Assembly (NCBI RefSeq): GCF_018977255.1
Contig: NW_024704743.1
Coordinates: forward strand, 20,772,001-20,836,000
Length of the DNA: 64,000 nucleotides
Direction: 5' to 3'
Source of the DNA: Callorhinchus milii
Lineage: Eukaryota
Numbering within the stretch: the first letter of the stretch is position 1; each line of letters begins with the position of its first letter. Below the pieces are notes generated by a model. The model searched no databases. It was not told the origin of the DNA and worked only from the letters and a program-made list of their open reading frames with translations. Below are positions 25,081 through 37,361 of the stretch, in pieces. The position numbers and the translations under genes were made by a program.

Positions 25081-28000
25081 GCATTAAGGATTTGTAGGAT
25101 TAGATCATGAACTGTAAATATGTTTACATAAGTTACATCAAGTTTAGGATCAAATATTCATCTAGCCATTTTCCTAATGAGATTCATCTGATCTTCAAGG
25201 TTTGGCACAAATGCATTATATTGGAAGAAGCATTGTACGTAAATAAGAATAATGCTTACATTTGATATTGTGCCTTACCAAGTCATCAAAAAGTTTCAAA
25301 GTGCTTCACAAGAATGAATGTAAAGTGCGGTGACTGTTTAGTTTGTAGGTGAACATCCAGTTATTCTGCTAATATCACAGCAGTTAAACCCATATTTCCC
25401 ATTACATTATAAATGATTTCAAACATATTTATGAATTAATTATATTCCTGGCTCATATTAAGATTAAAACACTCCAAAATATAATTTATCTCAGAAATCC
25501 TCACATTTAGTGATTCGATTTGAATTTTTAAAAATGGACAATAAACAGATCACAGATTATTCCATTCGAGATATTCAAAGTAGAGGCTTTGAGCTCACAG
25601 TCCAGACCGATATTCCAATGCAATGCTGGAGGAGGGCTGCATTGTCAGAGTTGCTGTCCTATAGTTAAGAGGTTAAACGTACATCAGGCCTGCCTGTTCA
25701 ATAGGAATGTAGGAATTGCTAGACGAAAAAAGTTCAATCTAGTCTGCTTTCTACCATCCTGGTAATCGCATGTTACAATAATGGAGATGTTGATAGCAGA
25801 TAATTCTGTATGGATTAGTCTACTTTGTGAACTTTAGATCTCCAAAGTTGCCTATTTCTTCCAAGCAAGTGGACCCTAAAGATCCCAAGGCACTTTATAT
25901 TTCGCCCACAAATATACGGTCAATTCACTTTACAATATATTCTGTAAAGCACTTTGAGACGTCTAGAAGACGTGAAAAGCGCAATATCAAATGCAAGGAT
26001 TATTATTATTCAAAAAGTTAGGGAATTACTCCTGGTGTACTGGTCAAGAAACCCCCTAATAAAATTGATCATTTCCTTCATGGCTCTTTGTGGAGCGCAG
26101 CTGCTGCATTGGCGTATAAATATTATAACTGCACTTTACCCAAATTCTGTGAAGGATTGAAAAATTCCCGTCCTTATAGGAGTTTTATCAAATGCAATCA
26201 TTTTATTCTTAATTATCTTGATAATGTATAATATTAGCATCTTACTGCATCTTGGAATTGGAGATAATTTTTAGAGATTCCTATTTGAGGAAACGTTTTT
26301 CTTGAATGTAACAAAGGGAATAAAGACAAATTGCAAGTATAACAAATGTATGCAATCGAATATAGTGTATGGATGTCATATATATGATCAGTACATTGTA
26401 AGCTCTTGTTTAGCTGGATGTATTATGTATTAATCGAAGCTGATTAGACTTTCTGCACGAATTCCAATAAACGCTGTGAAATATATTCCCAGACATCATC
26501 CTGATGTGTTTTGCTGATTTTATTGGAGCAATGGAAAAAGAATGAATTGTTGACGGATTACGTTGATTGTGTTTTTGTCAGCAACCAATGACTTTTTTTG
26601 TGTGAAAATATGCATTTATTTATAGCTATAGTATTCAGTCCAAAACAAACACATCTTCTGTTACTTTTTTTTTACTTTTTTGCAAAAAAAAATTCCGTTG
26701 TTTACGGTACATTCCTTCACCACATACAGGTCGATCACACGATTTCTGGGATAATACTTTAATACAGTCGGGAGTCGCTTTTGTGTACACAACATATCAG
26801 CAACGAATGACTCGACAGAAGCTACGACGCGAATGATCACAATTGCAAACAGATTAACTTCATAGGTGTCGCTGCAAACAACCTGTGCGCGTTGTTATTT
26901 GTATCTATGTTTTTTTTAATAGGTATTTTATTGTTTCTTACAATTATTCAGGATTCGTGTTGCCAATGACTTCCACGTGTACAGTGGATTTAAGGATGGC
27001 ATAGAACTCGACGCATCGGAAAGCGTTGCATGTTGGAGCTCAATAGCCCAGGTTTTTGCACAGGTTGTTACACAGGTTCCAGTGCTCAGATTAGGAGCAA
27101 TTAAAATGCGTACTTGTCATCAGTATGGAGTGCGATTTTTTAAAAAAAATAAATGCATGAATTGCAATGTGATTGGATACTATATACATTAAATGAATGC
27201 TTAATCGTGTGAGCCACAAAAAAAAAACTCTTCCACAAAGACTCAGCGAGTAAATGCATTGTGAGTGGCACATCCAAAAGCACCACAGGTGCTAACTCAA
27301 TGTCCCAAGAGAGGGAGAGGTTGACACCAATAACACCTCACTCCGCGGGGAATGTGCATGTGTGGATGTGAGTAAATACTTTAGCCTCAACTGTGATGGT
27401 CCCTGGAGTAGACCAGTCCGCAGATACCCACACAATTTTGGTAGAAAGCTGTAGCACTCGTAACTTTATTCAGCATGAAACACCGCCTCCAAACGATAGA
27501 GAGAAAACACATTTCACAGTTTTTTTGTGACAACGAAATAGTCAAGTATTAGACACGCAAAAGAAGGGTAATATAAGGTGCTCAATAATATATTGTCACC
27601 TGATAAACTCAATATAACGTTTGCTGAACAGAATATTCATGTAAATGAGCGTGTAACCTTGTCTATAAATTATCGAAGTTAGTAATAAGAAGTGATATAA
27701 TACCTAAATATAACTAACAATAATTGATATAAACAAGCATTTACCTGTTATCCAGAAGGAGATTATTTTCAAGGTGCTCAGGGATTTATATGCACCAAAG
27801 AATCCAGTGTTATGTGAACATGTGGTTTCCCGAAGTGTAAGTGCACAATGGAAAGTTTACTGTAATTGCTGTCCTGAAATGGACCTCAGTAATGCAGGGT
27901 CGACTGCACCTTAATTAATTAACTAAGTAATTAATCTCTCCTCTTGATCTCAGCCCCCAGTTCGGATGCAAACCCTTCACTGTCCAATACCTTGAGACGT

Positions 28001-28750
28001 CCCTCGTACCTGCAAGGCGTTATATAAATGCAATCTGTTGTTGTTGTCGTTGTTGTTGCCACGAGTGGATTACGAGGACAAGATCACTGGGGAATTCTGT
28101 CGCCCACTGTTCCTTATTATGTATCCCTTCTTGGCTTAGAAAGTCACCGTTAAACAGAGAGTAACAGACGGGGAAAATCATAGATAAAACGTTTAACTCG
28201 TTTTCTTAGGTCATCTGCAGCGTGAAATTTGTGATTTTTTCCTATCATAATCTAAAGTAATTTGTATTCTCCTAACAATAAAACTTATTTTATTCTTAAC
28301 AACAAATTGGTGACCGTATCTGACTACGGTATTTTTTAAATATATCTATCTATCTGTCTTTTGATCATAATCATCCTCAAATAGATCCACACGTTGACAC
28401 CAATTAATTGTGACAAAGGCTGTCCTTGAAAATATCATTAAATAAAGAGAAATCGCCTCGACAGCTTTATGTTCCTTTATTTTTTCTGCGGATTTGGAAG
28501 CCCCCATTTCTTACTTTTTACTGTTTGCTTTGTGTTTCAGTCAGACTGTTAAACCGTTATATGTTATGTTTTCTGGCACGTGTTAACCTGCAACTTTATA
28601 GAATGGAAAGTAAAATTGGACAACCCAAATGCAACTTTTAATTCGTCAAAAACGTTGTGTGCGACGTAGTTACTTATATTCAAATTCGGTATTTATTTAA
28701 TTCTCACAAAACAACCAGTTGAATAAAAGCGTTATTTTTGTCAATAGATA

Positions 28751-28784
<34 letters not shown>

Positions 28785-31049
28785 ATGCCTCTTGATTATG
28801 TGCTGTGTTTTTCGGAGCATAATTATTACATGGCGAACTTGGTGTTTGCAAGGAGCTATCAATCAAGGGCATTAATATAACCAGCTTTAATGCAGCGCCA
28901 TATGTCAGTATTTATGCTACTAAGGATGGTAGCAATATTAATTACTCAAAAAAGACAAGGCTTGTTACAAGCAGAAAGAATGTGACCTGGGGCGAACTCA
29001 GCATTGGAAAACAACCTGCAAGGGATGTATCATCTGTCTGCCGGATTTTGTAAGCGATATTTATAAAAGTGTAACTACCAGATATAACGGGGCCACTAGT
29101 ACCAAAAAGAAATAAAATCTGTGCCAAAGCAGGAGAAGCAATGACTGATCTGTGATTAGTTCTACTGCAGTGACATTGTAATGTTCCAATGAAGCCTGGA
29201 AAGGTGACCTTTCTCTGTTTAAAACGCTTGATGCTGTTTTACTTAATTCGCTTAATAACCTTGTAAACATCTTTACGGCGAGTGAGCCATCACATTCCTT
29301 TCGATACGTTAGGCACCAAATAACTTCTAAATCTGTCCTGTGGGTGGATAATGTCCACGGAGAAGAGTATCAGTCAAAGTTACAAGTTACAAGTCACAGG
29401 TTTTCAGACACGCAGATGTCAACTTCTACAAGAACTGTGAAGTCAAATAAAATTCAAGGTGTGAAGTATTTGCACAGAATAAACAGTGGGTCCTTGACCA
29501 GTCGTTCGATAAACTTTCTCCCAGATGTCGTTGTATTTAAGGTTATTCTGCAATTGTTATTGAGCTAAAAAAAAACTACGACATCTCTTAGAAACAAATT
29601 CAATATTTGTTTTATTTTATCTTTTGATTCAGATCGTAACTATTGAAAAGCACATTAATGCTATATTCTTGGCAAGGGTATGATACAGATGCATTATGTT
29701 GTATTCAGTACCTGTGAAATGCTTCACGACATTGAGAAAAAAACAATCGCCTTGCAGAGTGTTTTTTTTGTATATAATGAATTAAGATAAAGATCATTCT
29801 CCCTACAGCATTTGGTACTAACTAACGCCGGTGTTTGCAAAAGGTTAAATTTTTACAGTTAAACGTGTTAAATATTTATCCAGAAACAGGTGTTATAGAC
29901 AAATAATCTTTAACGCGTTGCATATTTATCTGAACAAATAAAACTACAATACAGTGCAGAAGGTCCATTCGTGTGTGTAGGCTTTTGGAAAAGAGGTATG
30001 ACAAAATCCTGGCGTTATTACCAAGACTAAAACCATTCAAACGATTACAGCGATCATGGGAAGCGGGTATGAAATAGTGGAGAGTGCTAAAGGGTAACGC
30101 AAACACTGCGCCACCTTCTTGATATCATCTGACTTGAGATTTTTTTTTTTAACTTTCTGAACCAAGGATCGGGATTCTCAGCTTTTGAGTCCGGATATTG
30201 TTACATCAACATTTTAATGAGATAGGGAGGAATATCTTTCACTTTGTGCAAAGATGTTGGGGTTGAAAAACCAGTGCCGTTTTGAAAGAAACGGAACGCC
30301 CTTTCCTTGTTAATAAAATGCACGTCCTTTCTACCGCATTACTGCGTGAACAGTTTCATTGAGGGTCTGCAGTCAGTGGGTTTGCCACCGCCCAGTACTG
30401 ACCAGAGCTGTGGTTACCGTGATTGATGACCCTGCTCCTGATATCCGTGCCCTCTTATTAAATAAAACTTTGTAGGTTCTCACTGGGTCACAGATGTTTA
30501 TTTTTTAAAATACGCGCCAGGGGTTAAACAGTTGGATGTTACCAACAACGTGATCCGAGGTCAAGATGTGGGTGCAGATCAGCAGAAAGATGCACAGTGT
30601 TTACCTTCATTGGTGGCAAGACACCTGCTGATGGTCAAACGCAAAAGCCTGCTGTTTCTTATTGATAACTGAGATTGGTACGAGGTGTGGAGTGAGCAAC
30701 TGAGGCGTCAACAAATGAAAGCAAGAAAGAGGCAACAAAGGAGACAAAAATAGGGTAATAAACAATCGTTTGCATTCTGCCACCTTCATGGGTTGGTTTG
30801 TGTTAACCTCTTAACTAATTGCGTCTTATTACAACCCCACCCCCACTCCCACAAGCATGAAAAGCTAGTCATGAAATGTGTGTCATTTTTTGATGTTACC
30901 ACGCACAAAAGTCTTGGCATTGTTTCCAACCCAGGCTGCAATCCATGTAACACAAAGCATTAACATAAAGTTTCGATAAAAACATATAAATATAAACATT
31001 ACAAATTATAACTTTCACGTGTATCATATACAGGCTTGTGGTCTGGTTC

Positions 31050-31240
31050 CCCAAAACAAAAACAATAATAAATTGGTCATTTTCAATCCATGGTTGTTTG
31101 TGGGACACTGCTGTGCACAATTGACTTCCGCGTTTCGCCCACAAATATACAGTCAATTCACTTTATAGCATATTCTGTGAAGCGCTTTGAGACATCTGGA
31201 AGACGTGCAATGCAATGCAATGCAAGGATTATTATTTATT
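31050..31240 (+). mobile_element. SINE 3' half
   Basis: Same body and tail as the tRNA-derived SINE family. Confidence 0.8.
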
Positions 31241-31559
31241 ATTTTTCACGAATCCTAATAATAAAAAGAAATCCAGAATGGACTTTTAACCTTTATTGTC
31301 CTTTTAGATGGAAGATACCTTTTAGCCTTGATGGGTTTCCAAATGATATATTTTTGAGGTAAGTCAGTGATTTTTCTCCTGCATGTGCAATGTCATGTGC
31401 GAAAAGCCCTTTAAACCACAAGTTGTTTTCATTTTAGCTTATTTATTGAACATCTTTTGGATTAAATATTTTAATATAATAGAATACAGTAGTAATCTCC
31501 TACTACAGTAAGGTGATGGCAATGTTCTTACTTAGGAACTGGCAGCAGATACTTAGGAA

Positions 31560-31980
31560 CAGGCTGCAGATAATCCAGAACTCTGCAGCCCGTGTCCTCT
31601 TCCACACCAAACTCCGTGACCCCATCTTCCCCATTCTCACCCGACTCCATTGGCTCCCTATCCTTCAGAGGATCCAGTTCAAGATCCTGGTCCTCACATA
31701 CAAAGCCCTCCATGGCCTCGCCCCACCCTACCTCTGCAACCTCCTAGCCCCCTACCAACCCACCCACTCCCTCAGCTCAGCCGGCTCCGGTCTGCTCCAC
31801 GTACCCTGACCCACCCGCCCCACCATTGGCGGGAGAGCCTTCAGCCACTCTATCCCCAACCTTTGGAATTCCATCCCCCAGTCACTTTGCCTCACCCCCT
31901 TCTTAGCTTCCTTCAAGTCCCACCTCAAAACCCCCCTCTTCAACCATGCCATCAGCCACCCCCAATTCCCCTCCCCTCCC
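31560..31980 (+). mobile_element. L2 3' ORF2 fragment
   Basis: LQIIQNSAARVLFHTKLRDPIFPILTRLHWLPILQRIQFKILVLTYKALHGLAPPYL. Confidence 0.88.
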
Positions 31981-31986
31981 TTCATA

Positions 31987-32358
31987 TGGGAGTCCTGTAG
32001 CTTATCGGTTAGAGCACTTGCCTAGTAAGCGAGAGGCCTTGGTTTTGATTCCTGGCAGGGCGAAACATTGGGCACGTTTCCTTAGTCCACACACTTCTGT
32101 TTACCTAGCAGTAAATAGGGATCCAGTTGTTAGTCGATTGGTGGATCACTTTTCTGGGGATGATAATTCCTTCAAAATAATAAGTTTGGTCACTCAATCC
32201 ATGACTGTTTGCGGGACACTGCTGTGTGCAATTGGCTGCAGTGTTTCGCCCACAAAATATACAATCAATTCACTTTACAGTATATTCTGCGAAGCACTTT
32301 GAGACGTCTTGAAGAGTTGATAAAGCACTGTATCAAATGCAAGGATTATTATTATTAT
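31987..32358 (+). mobile_element. tRNA-derived SINE, long subfamily, full length
   Basis: gggagtcctgtagcttatcggttagagcac... internal ctgtttacctagcagtaaatagg block ...caaggattattattattat. Confidence 0.88.
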
Positions 32359-32359
32359 G

Positions 32360-35300
32360 TTCCTCACACTCTCAGACACTTCCTCTGTCACACATTATCA
32401 CTAACACTTTCATACGCACAATCTCTCCTCTCTTTCTTTCATAGTCTCTTACCTAATCCCTCACACATCTCACACACTCACATACACTCTTTCTCACACA
32501 CTCACACTTTGCTTCTCACACAGTTTCTCTCTCTCACACAGTCTCTATTGGCCTTGGAGTCAGGCTCCTCCACTGTTGAGTGCTCTGAGACGCTAACCTG
32601 CGTGCAGGGCACTATATAAGTGCAAGTTGTTGTTGTGCACACACCTCTCACTCACACATTTTCCCCACCCACGCTCTCACTCACTCTTTCCTACACAATC
32701 TCACATACTTTCTTCTTTCCTATGTCCATCTCTCTCACTCCCCTCTTTCTCTCAGCCTCTGTCTATCTCTATCTCGCATACACACTCACACACTCACTTT
32801 CTCACACCCTCTCACAAACACTTTAGCTCATACTCTCTCACATTCTCTATCTCACCCTCTGTGTGTGTCTCTTAACACATTATCAATCTCATTCTCTCTC
32901 GCTCTCACTTACATATATTCTCATTTATTCTCTCTATCTCTTTCATATTCTTCTCACAAAGTCTGTCTCTCTTCAACACACTCACACTCTCTCGCTCTCA
33001 CACTCCCTCACATGCTTTCCCCCCTCTTTCCCCCTCTCTCTCCTCTCTTCCTTTCTCTCTCTCACACTTTCCCCACCCTTCTCTCCCACTCTCTCACACT
33101 CTCCATCCCTCTTTCTATCTCTCTCTTTTCCCTCCCTCTATCCCCATCTCTCTCACCTCTCTCATACTACCTCTATCCCCGTTCTTTCTCTCTCCCCTTT
33201 CTTTCTCTCATATTCCCTCTCTCCCCCTCTCTCTATCTTTCCCCTCTCCACGCTCCCTCTCTTTCACTTCTCTCTGTTTCTCCCCTCTCTTTCTTTCACA
33301 TTCCCTTTCTCCCCCACTCTTATCCCCTCTCTTTCCTTCACACATCCTCTCTCTGACATCTCTCTCCCTCTCTTTCCCTTCTCTCTCTCCCTCTCTCTCA
33401 CACATACTCCCTTCCCTCTCTCTCACACACACACTCTCTCTTTCCTCTCTATCTCTCTTCCCTCCTCTCCCTCCACCCCACTATTTCTTTCTCTTCCTCT
33501 CCCCCCTCTCTCACACATTCCATCTCTCTCTCCCTCCTCCTCTCTCTCCCCCTCTCTCCACCCTTCCCTCTCTCTCTCTTTCTCCCCTCTCTCACCTCCT
33601 CCTCTATCCATTTCTCTCTCACACACTCTGTCTCTCTTCCCTCGCACTATATTTTTCTATCTCACATTATGTCTTTCTCCTCTCTCTATTTCTCTCTCTC
33701 TCTGTATATATATATATATATATATTTCTCTCACACTGGCTTTCCCCTCTCTCTATTTCTCTCTCTCACTTTTTCTCTCCCCCTCTCTATTTCTCTAACT
33801 CTCTCCCCTTTCTCTCCATTTCTCCTTCTCCCCCGTTCTGTCTCTCTCCCTTTCTTTCTAGTTCTCATACTTTCTCTCTCTCTATTTCTCTAACTCTCCT
33901 CTACCTCTCTCCCCTCTACTTTTCTCTCACTCTATCTATTTCTCTGTCTCTCTGCCCTCTCTCTATCTATTTCTCTCTTTCATACTGTCTCTCTCCCACC
34001 CCCTCTCTCTCATTCTCCCCTCTCTATTTCTCTCATACACACTCTCTCAATCTCTCTCCACCTCTCTCCCACTGCTCTCTTTTTCGCTCACACAATCTTT
34101 TTCTCTATTTCTCTCTCTCTCTCTCTCTCTCTCACTCTCTCTCCCATCTCAATCTCTCTCTCACACACACTCTCCCCTCTCTATATCTATTTCTCTCTTT
34201 CACACTCTGTCTCTCCCTTCTGTCACTCTCTTCCCCCCCACCCTCTCTATTCCTCTCATACACACACTCTCTCTCTCCATTTCTCTTAATCCCCCCCCTC
34301 TCTTCACCTCCTCTCTCTTTCTCCCAACCCCCCACTCTCTCTCCCCCCCTTCTCTCCCCCTCCTCTCTCTATTCCCCCGCCTCCTCTCTCTCCCAATCTC
34401 TCTCTCTTACTTTCTCTCCCCCCATCTCTCACCCCCCCCCTCTCCATCCACCCCCTCTCTCTCTCCTCCTCCCCCTCTCTCTCCCCCTTTCTCCACCCCC
34501 CTCTCTCTCCCCCTCTCTCCATCCTCCCTCTCTCTCCCCCCTCTCTCTACCCCCCTCTCTCCCCCTCCCCCTTCTCTCCCCCCCTCTCCGTTTCCCTTTC
34601 CCCCCTCTCTCCACTCCCCCTCTCCCTATCCCTCCCCCTCTCCCCCCTCTCCCTCTCCCCCCTCCCTCCTCCCTATCCCCCTTCTCTCCATTCCCCCCTC
34701 TCCCCCCCCTCCTCTCCCTACCCCTCCTCCCTATTCCCTCTCTCTCCATTCGCCCCTCTCTCTCTCTCTCTCTCTCCCTCTCCCTTCTCTCTCCCCCCCC
34801 CTCTCCCTATCCCCCCCTCCCTATCCTCCCTCTCTCCATTCCCCCCGCTCTCTCTCCCTCTCCCTTCTCTCTATTCCCCCCCTCCCTATGCCCCTCTCTC
34901 CATTCCCCCCTCTCTCTCTCCCCCTTCTCTCTCTACCCCCTCTCCCTATCCCCCCCCCTCCCTATGCCCCCTCTCTCCATCCCCCCTTCTCTCGCCCCTT
35001 CCCCCCCTCTCTCGCCCCTTCCCCTTCTCTCTCTCCCTCTCTCCCCCCCTCTCTCTCTCTCCCTCTTCTCCCTATTCCCCACCCCCTCCCTACGCCCCCT
35101 CTCTCCATTCCCCCTTCTCTCTCTCCCCCTCCCCCTTTTCTCTCTCCCCCCTCCCTATTCCCCCTCCCTAGCCCCCCTCCCTATCCCCCTCTCTCTCCAT
35201 TCCCCCCCTCTCTCTCCCCCATCTCCCCCCCTCTCTCCACACCCCCTCCCTATCCCTCCCCCTTCTCCCTCTCCCCACTCTCCCTATCCCCCCCTCCCTC

Positions 35301-35765
35301 CTCCCTATCCCCCTCTCTCCATTCCCCTCTCTCCCCCCTCCTCTCCCTACCTCCTCCTCCCTACCCCCTCTCTCCATTCCCCCCCTCCCTCTCCATTCCC
35401 CCCTCTCTCTCTCCCCCCTCTCTCTCTCCCCCCCTCTCTCTCCCCCCTCTCCCTATGCCCCCCTCCCTATCCCCCTCTCTCCATCCCCCTCTCTCCATTC
35501 CCCCCCTCCCTATCCCCCCTCTCTTCATTCCCCCCCTCCCTATCCCCCCCTCTCTCCATTCCCCCTCTCTCTCCATTCCCTCTCTCTCTCCATTCCCCCC
35601 CTCTCTCCATTCCCCCCCTCTCTCCATTCCCCCTCTCTCTCTCCCCACTCTCTCTCCCCCCTCTCCCTATGCCCCCCTCCCTATCCCCCCCTCTCCCTAT
35701 CCCCCCCTCTCCCTATCCCCCCTCCCTATCCCCCCTCTCCCTCCCCTCCCCCCCCCCCCCCCCCC
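32360..35765 (+). repeat. ~3.4-kb polypyrimidine (CT/CCCT-rich) low-complexity tract ending in a ~20-nt C run
   Basis: Read directly; almost no G on the + strand after ~32900. Confidence 0.97.
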
Positions 35766-35779
35766 GGTGGCTGAGCTGC

Positions 35780-35840
35780 AGTGTGATTGGCCGCGGGGTT
35801 GGCCGGCGGCACGCGCCGCTGTGTGCAGTATAAGAGCGCT
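35780..35840 (+). promoter_or_regulatory. ptf1a core promoter: inverted CCAAT box (ATTGG 35786-35790) and TATA-like TATAAGAG (35829-35836)
   Basis: Motifs read directly, ~115-160 bp upstream of the ATG, at the start of a CpG-rich region covering exon 1. Confidence 0.7.
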
Positions 35841-35947
35841 CGCGTGCCGTCCCCGGGGGTCAGTCACCGGCGCTGCACCGCGAGGCCGGGACCGCGGGGG
35901 CGGGGGAAGGGGGGGGAAAGGTGCGCGTGGGGAGAGACGGAGCCGCC

Positions 35948-36530
35948 ATGGACACGGCGCTGGAGCACTTCCCGGGACTCGACAGCTTCTCGGCCGCCTA
36001 CTTCGACGACGAGGACTTCTTCACGGACCAGTCGTCCAGGGACCACCTGGACGGGGACGAGCTGCTGGAGGAGGACGTGGACTTTCTGAGCAGCCAACTC
36101 AGCGAGTACTACAGGGAGGGCGAGCACTGCGACTCGGGCATCCTGTCCTTCACCTCCTCCTCCTCCTCCTTCTCCTTCGACTGCCTGGACAGCGCGGCCG
36201 AGGTGTCCCCCCGGCTCAAGGGCATCGGCAGCCTGGCCAGGAGGCGCAGGAGGGTCCGCTCGGAGGTCGAAATGCAGCATCTCCGACAGGCAGCCAACGT
36301 GCGGGAGCGCAGGAGGATGCAATCCATCAACGATGCCTTCGAAGGGCTCCGGACTCACATCCCCACCCTCCCCTACGAGAAGAGACTCTCCAAAGTCGAT
36401 ACCCTCCGACTGGCCATCGGGTACATTAACTTCCTCTCGGAGTTGGTGCAATCGGACACGCCTTTGAGAAACCCCGGACACGATCCCGCAAATCAACCGA
36501 AAAAAGTCATCATCTGCCACAGGGGTGCAA
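35948..36530 (+). CDS. ptf1a: Pancreas transcription factor 1 subunit alpha, coding exon 1 (acidic N-terminus + bHLH domain)
   Basis: Perfect Kozak gccgccATGg (ATG 35948). Translation [14 protein letters not shown]...[12 protein letters not shown]...[55 protein letters not shown]...KKVIICHRG matches PTF1A. Donor GCAA|gtaagt after 36530; 583 nt, phase 1. Confidence 0.98.
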
Positions 36531-36812
36531 GTAAGTGGCTCGCGTTTACTCTGCGAACGGCTGAACATTTTTTTTTTTTTGGGGGGGGGAGAATGCGCTG
36601 CGTTAACCTTTCCTTCCCATCACCTCGAGGGCTTTCACGCAAAGGCGATTTGCAGCGGCTTCCTTTCGCTGTTCGGGCTCAAACGCCACTGGCGAAACGC
36701 TGGCGGAGGCGTTTGCGAGGGGAGGGTAACCTCTCCGGGTGTTTTTCGTTGGGGTGAAATGTGTTTGATTCATTTCTCTTCTTTTTTTTGTTGTTGTTTC
36801 CTCCTCTGCCAG

Positions 36813-37015
36813 GGTCGCCCTCTCCAAACGATCCAGACTATGGATTACCTCCTCTCGCGGGTCACTCCCTGTCCTGGACCGACGAGAAACAGCTCAAAGA
36901 ACAAAATGTCATCAGGACGGCAAAAGTGTGGACCCCCGAAGACCCCAGAAAAACAAACACCAAACCCTCTGTGAACAACATCGAGAACGAGCCACCCTTT
37001 GACTATGTCTCGTAG
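36813..37015 (+). CDS. ptf1a: PTF1A coding exon 2 (C-terminal RBPJ-binding motifs)
   Basis: Pyrimidine tract + ccag acceptor ending 36812. A|GG joins in frame to [47 protein letters not shown]...[15 protein letters not shown], with C1 (HSLSW) and C2 (VWTPEDPR) intact. Total CDS 786 nt = 261 aa. Confidence 0.98.
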
Positions 37016-37355
37016 ATGTTGAATCGGTCATTTTCAATCCCCAATCGTGTATATTTAATGAAAATTAATATATTCCCATACGCAACTTTTCACGCGAAGA
37101 TCAAGAATGTGTTGATATGTAAATCTATGAACCGTTAATTTATATATTTATTATCTGAATTAGTTCTGTGCAAAACTGCGTTCCGAAGGCTTAATATATT
37201 GAATTATGTTCTAATCAGTTGTCTTAACGATGTGTTCAATGATTGTATTCCGACTTTACGGTCTAATTGGTTATATTTGGATTTCTGACAAATATTTTTC
37301 AATATATAACAATTAATTTATTGTAATATATACCTTCTCCCCCTATACCTTGTAA

Positions 37356-37361
37356 AATAAA
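37356..37361 (+). terminator. Probable ptf1a polyadenylation signal AATAAA
   Basis: First AATAAA I found after the stop (~340 nt downstream), at the end of an AU-rich 3' UTR. Confidence 0.65.

Noticed and set aside
34888..36429. 513-aa Pro/Ser/Leu-rich ORF overlapping ptf1a (also 34964-35833 and 32863-33798)
   Set aside because: Arises from the stop-poor polypyrimidine tract and an alternative frame of GC-rich exon 1; no domain.
35864..36568. 234-aa antisense ORF over ptf1a exon 1
   Set aside because: Typical shadow ORF of a GC-rich coding exon; no recognisable homology.
35921..36757. 278-aa unspliced ORF as the ptf1a product
   Set aside because: Starts at a non-ATG codon upstream of the Kozak ATG and reads through the intron; the spliced model restores the conserved C-terminus.
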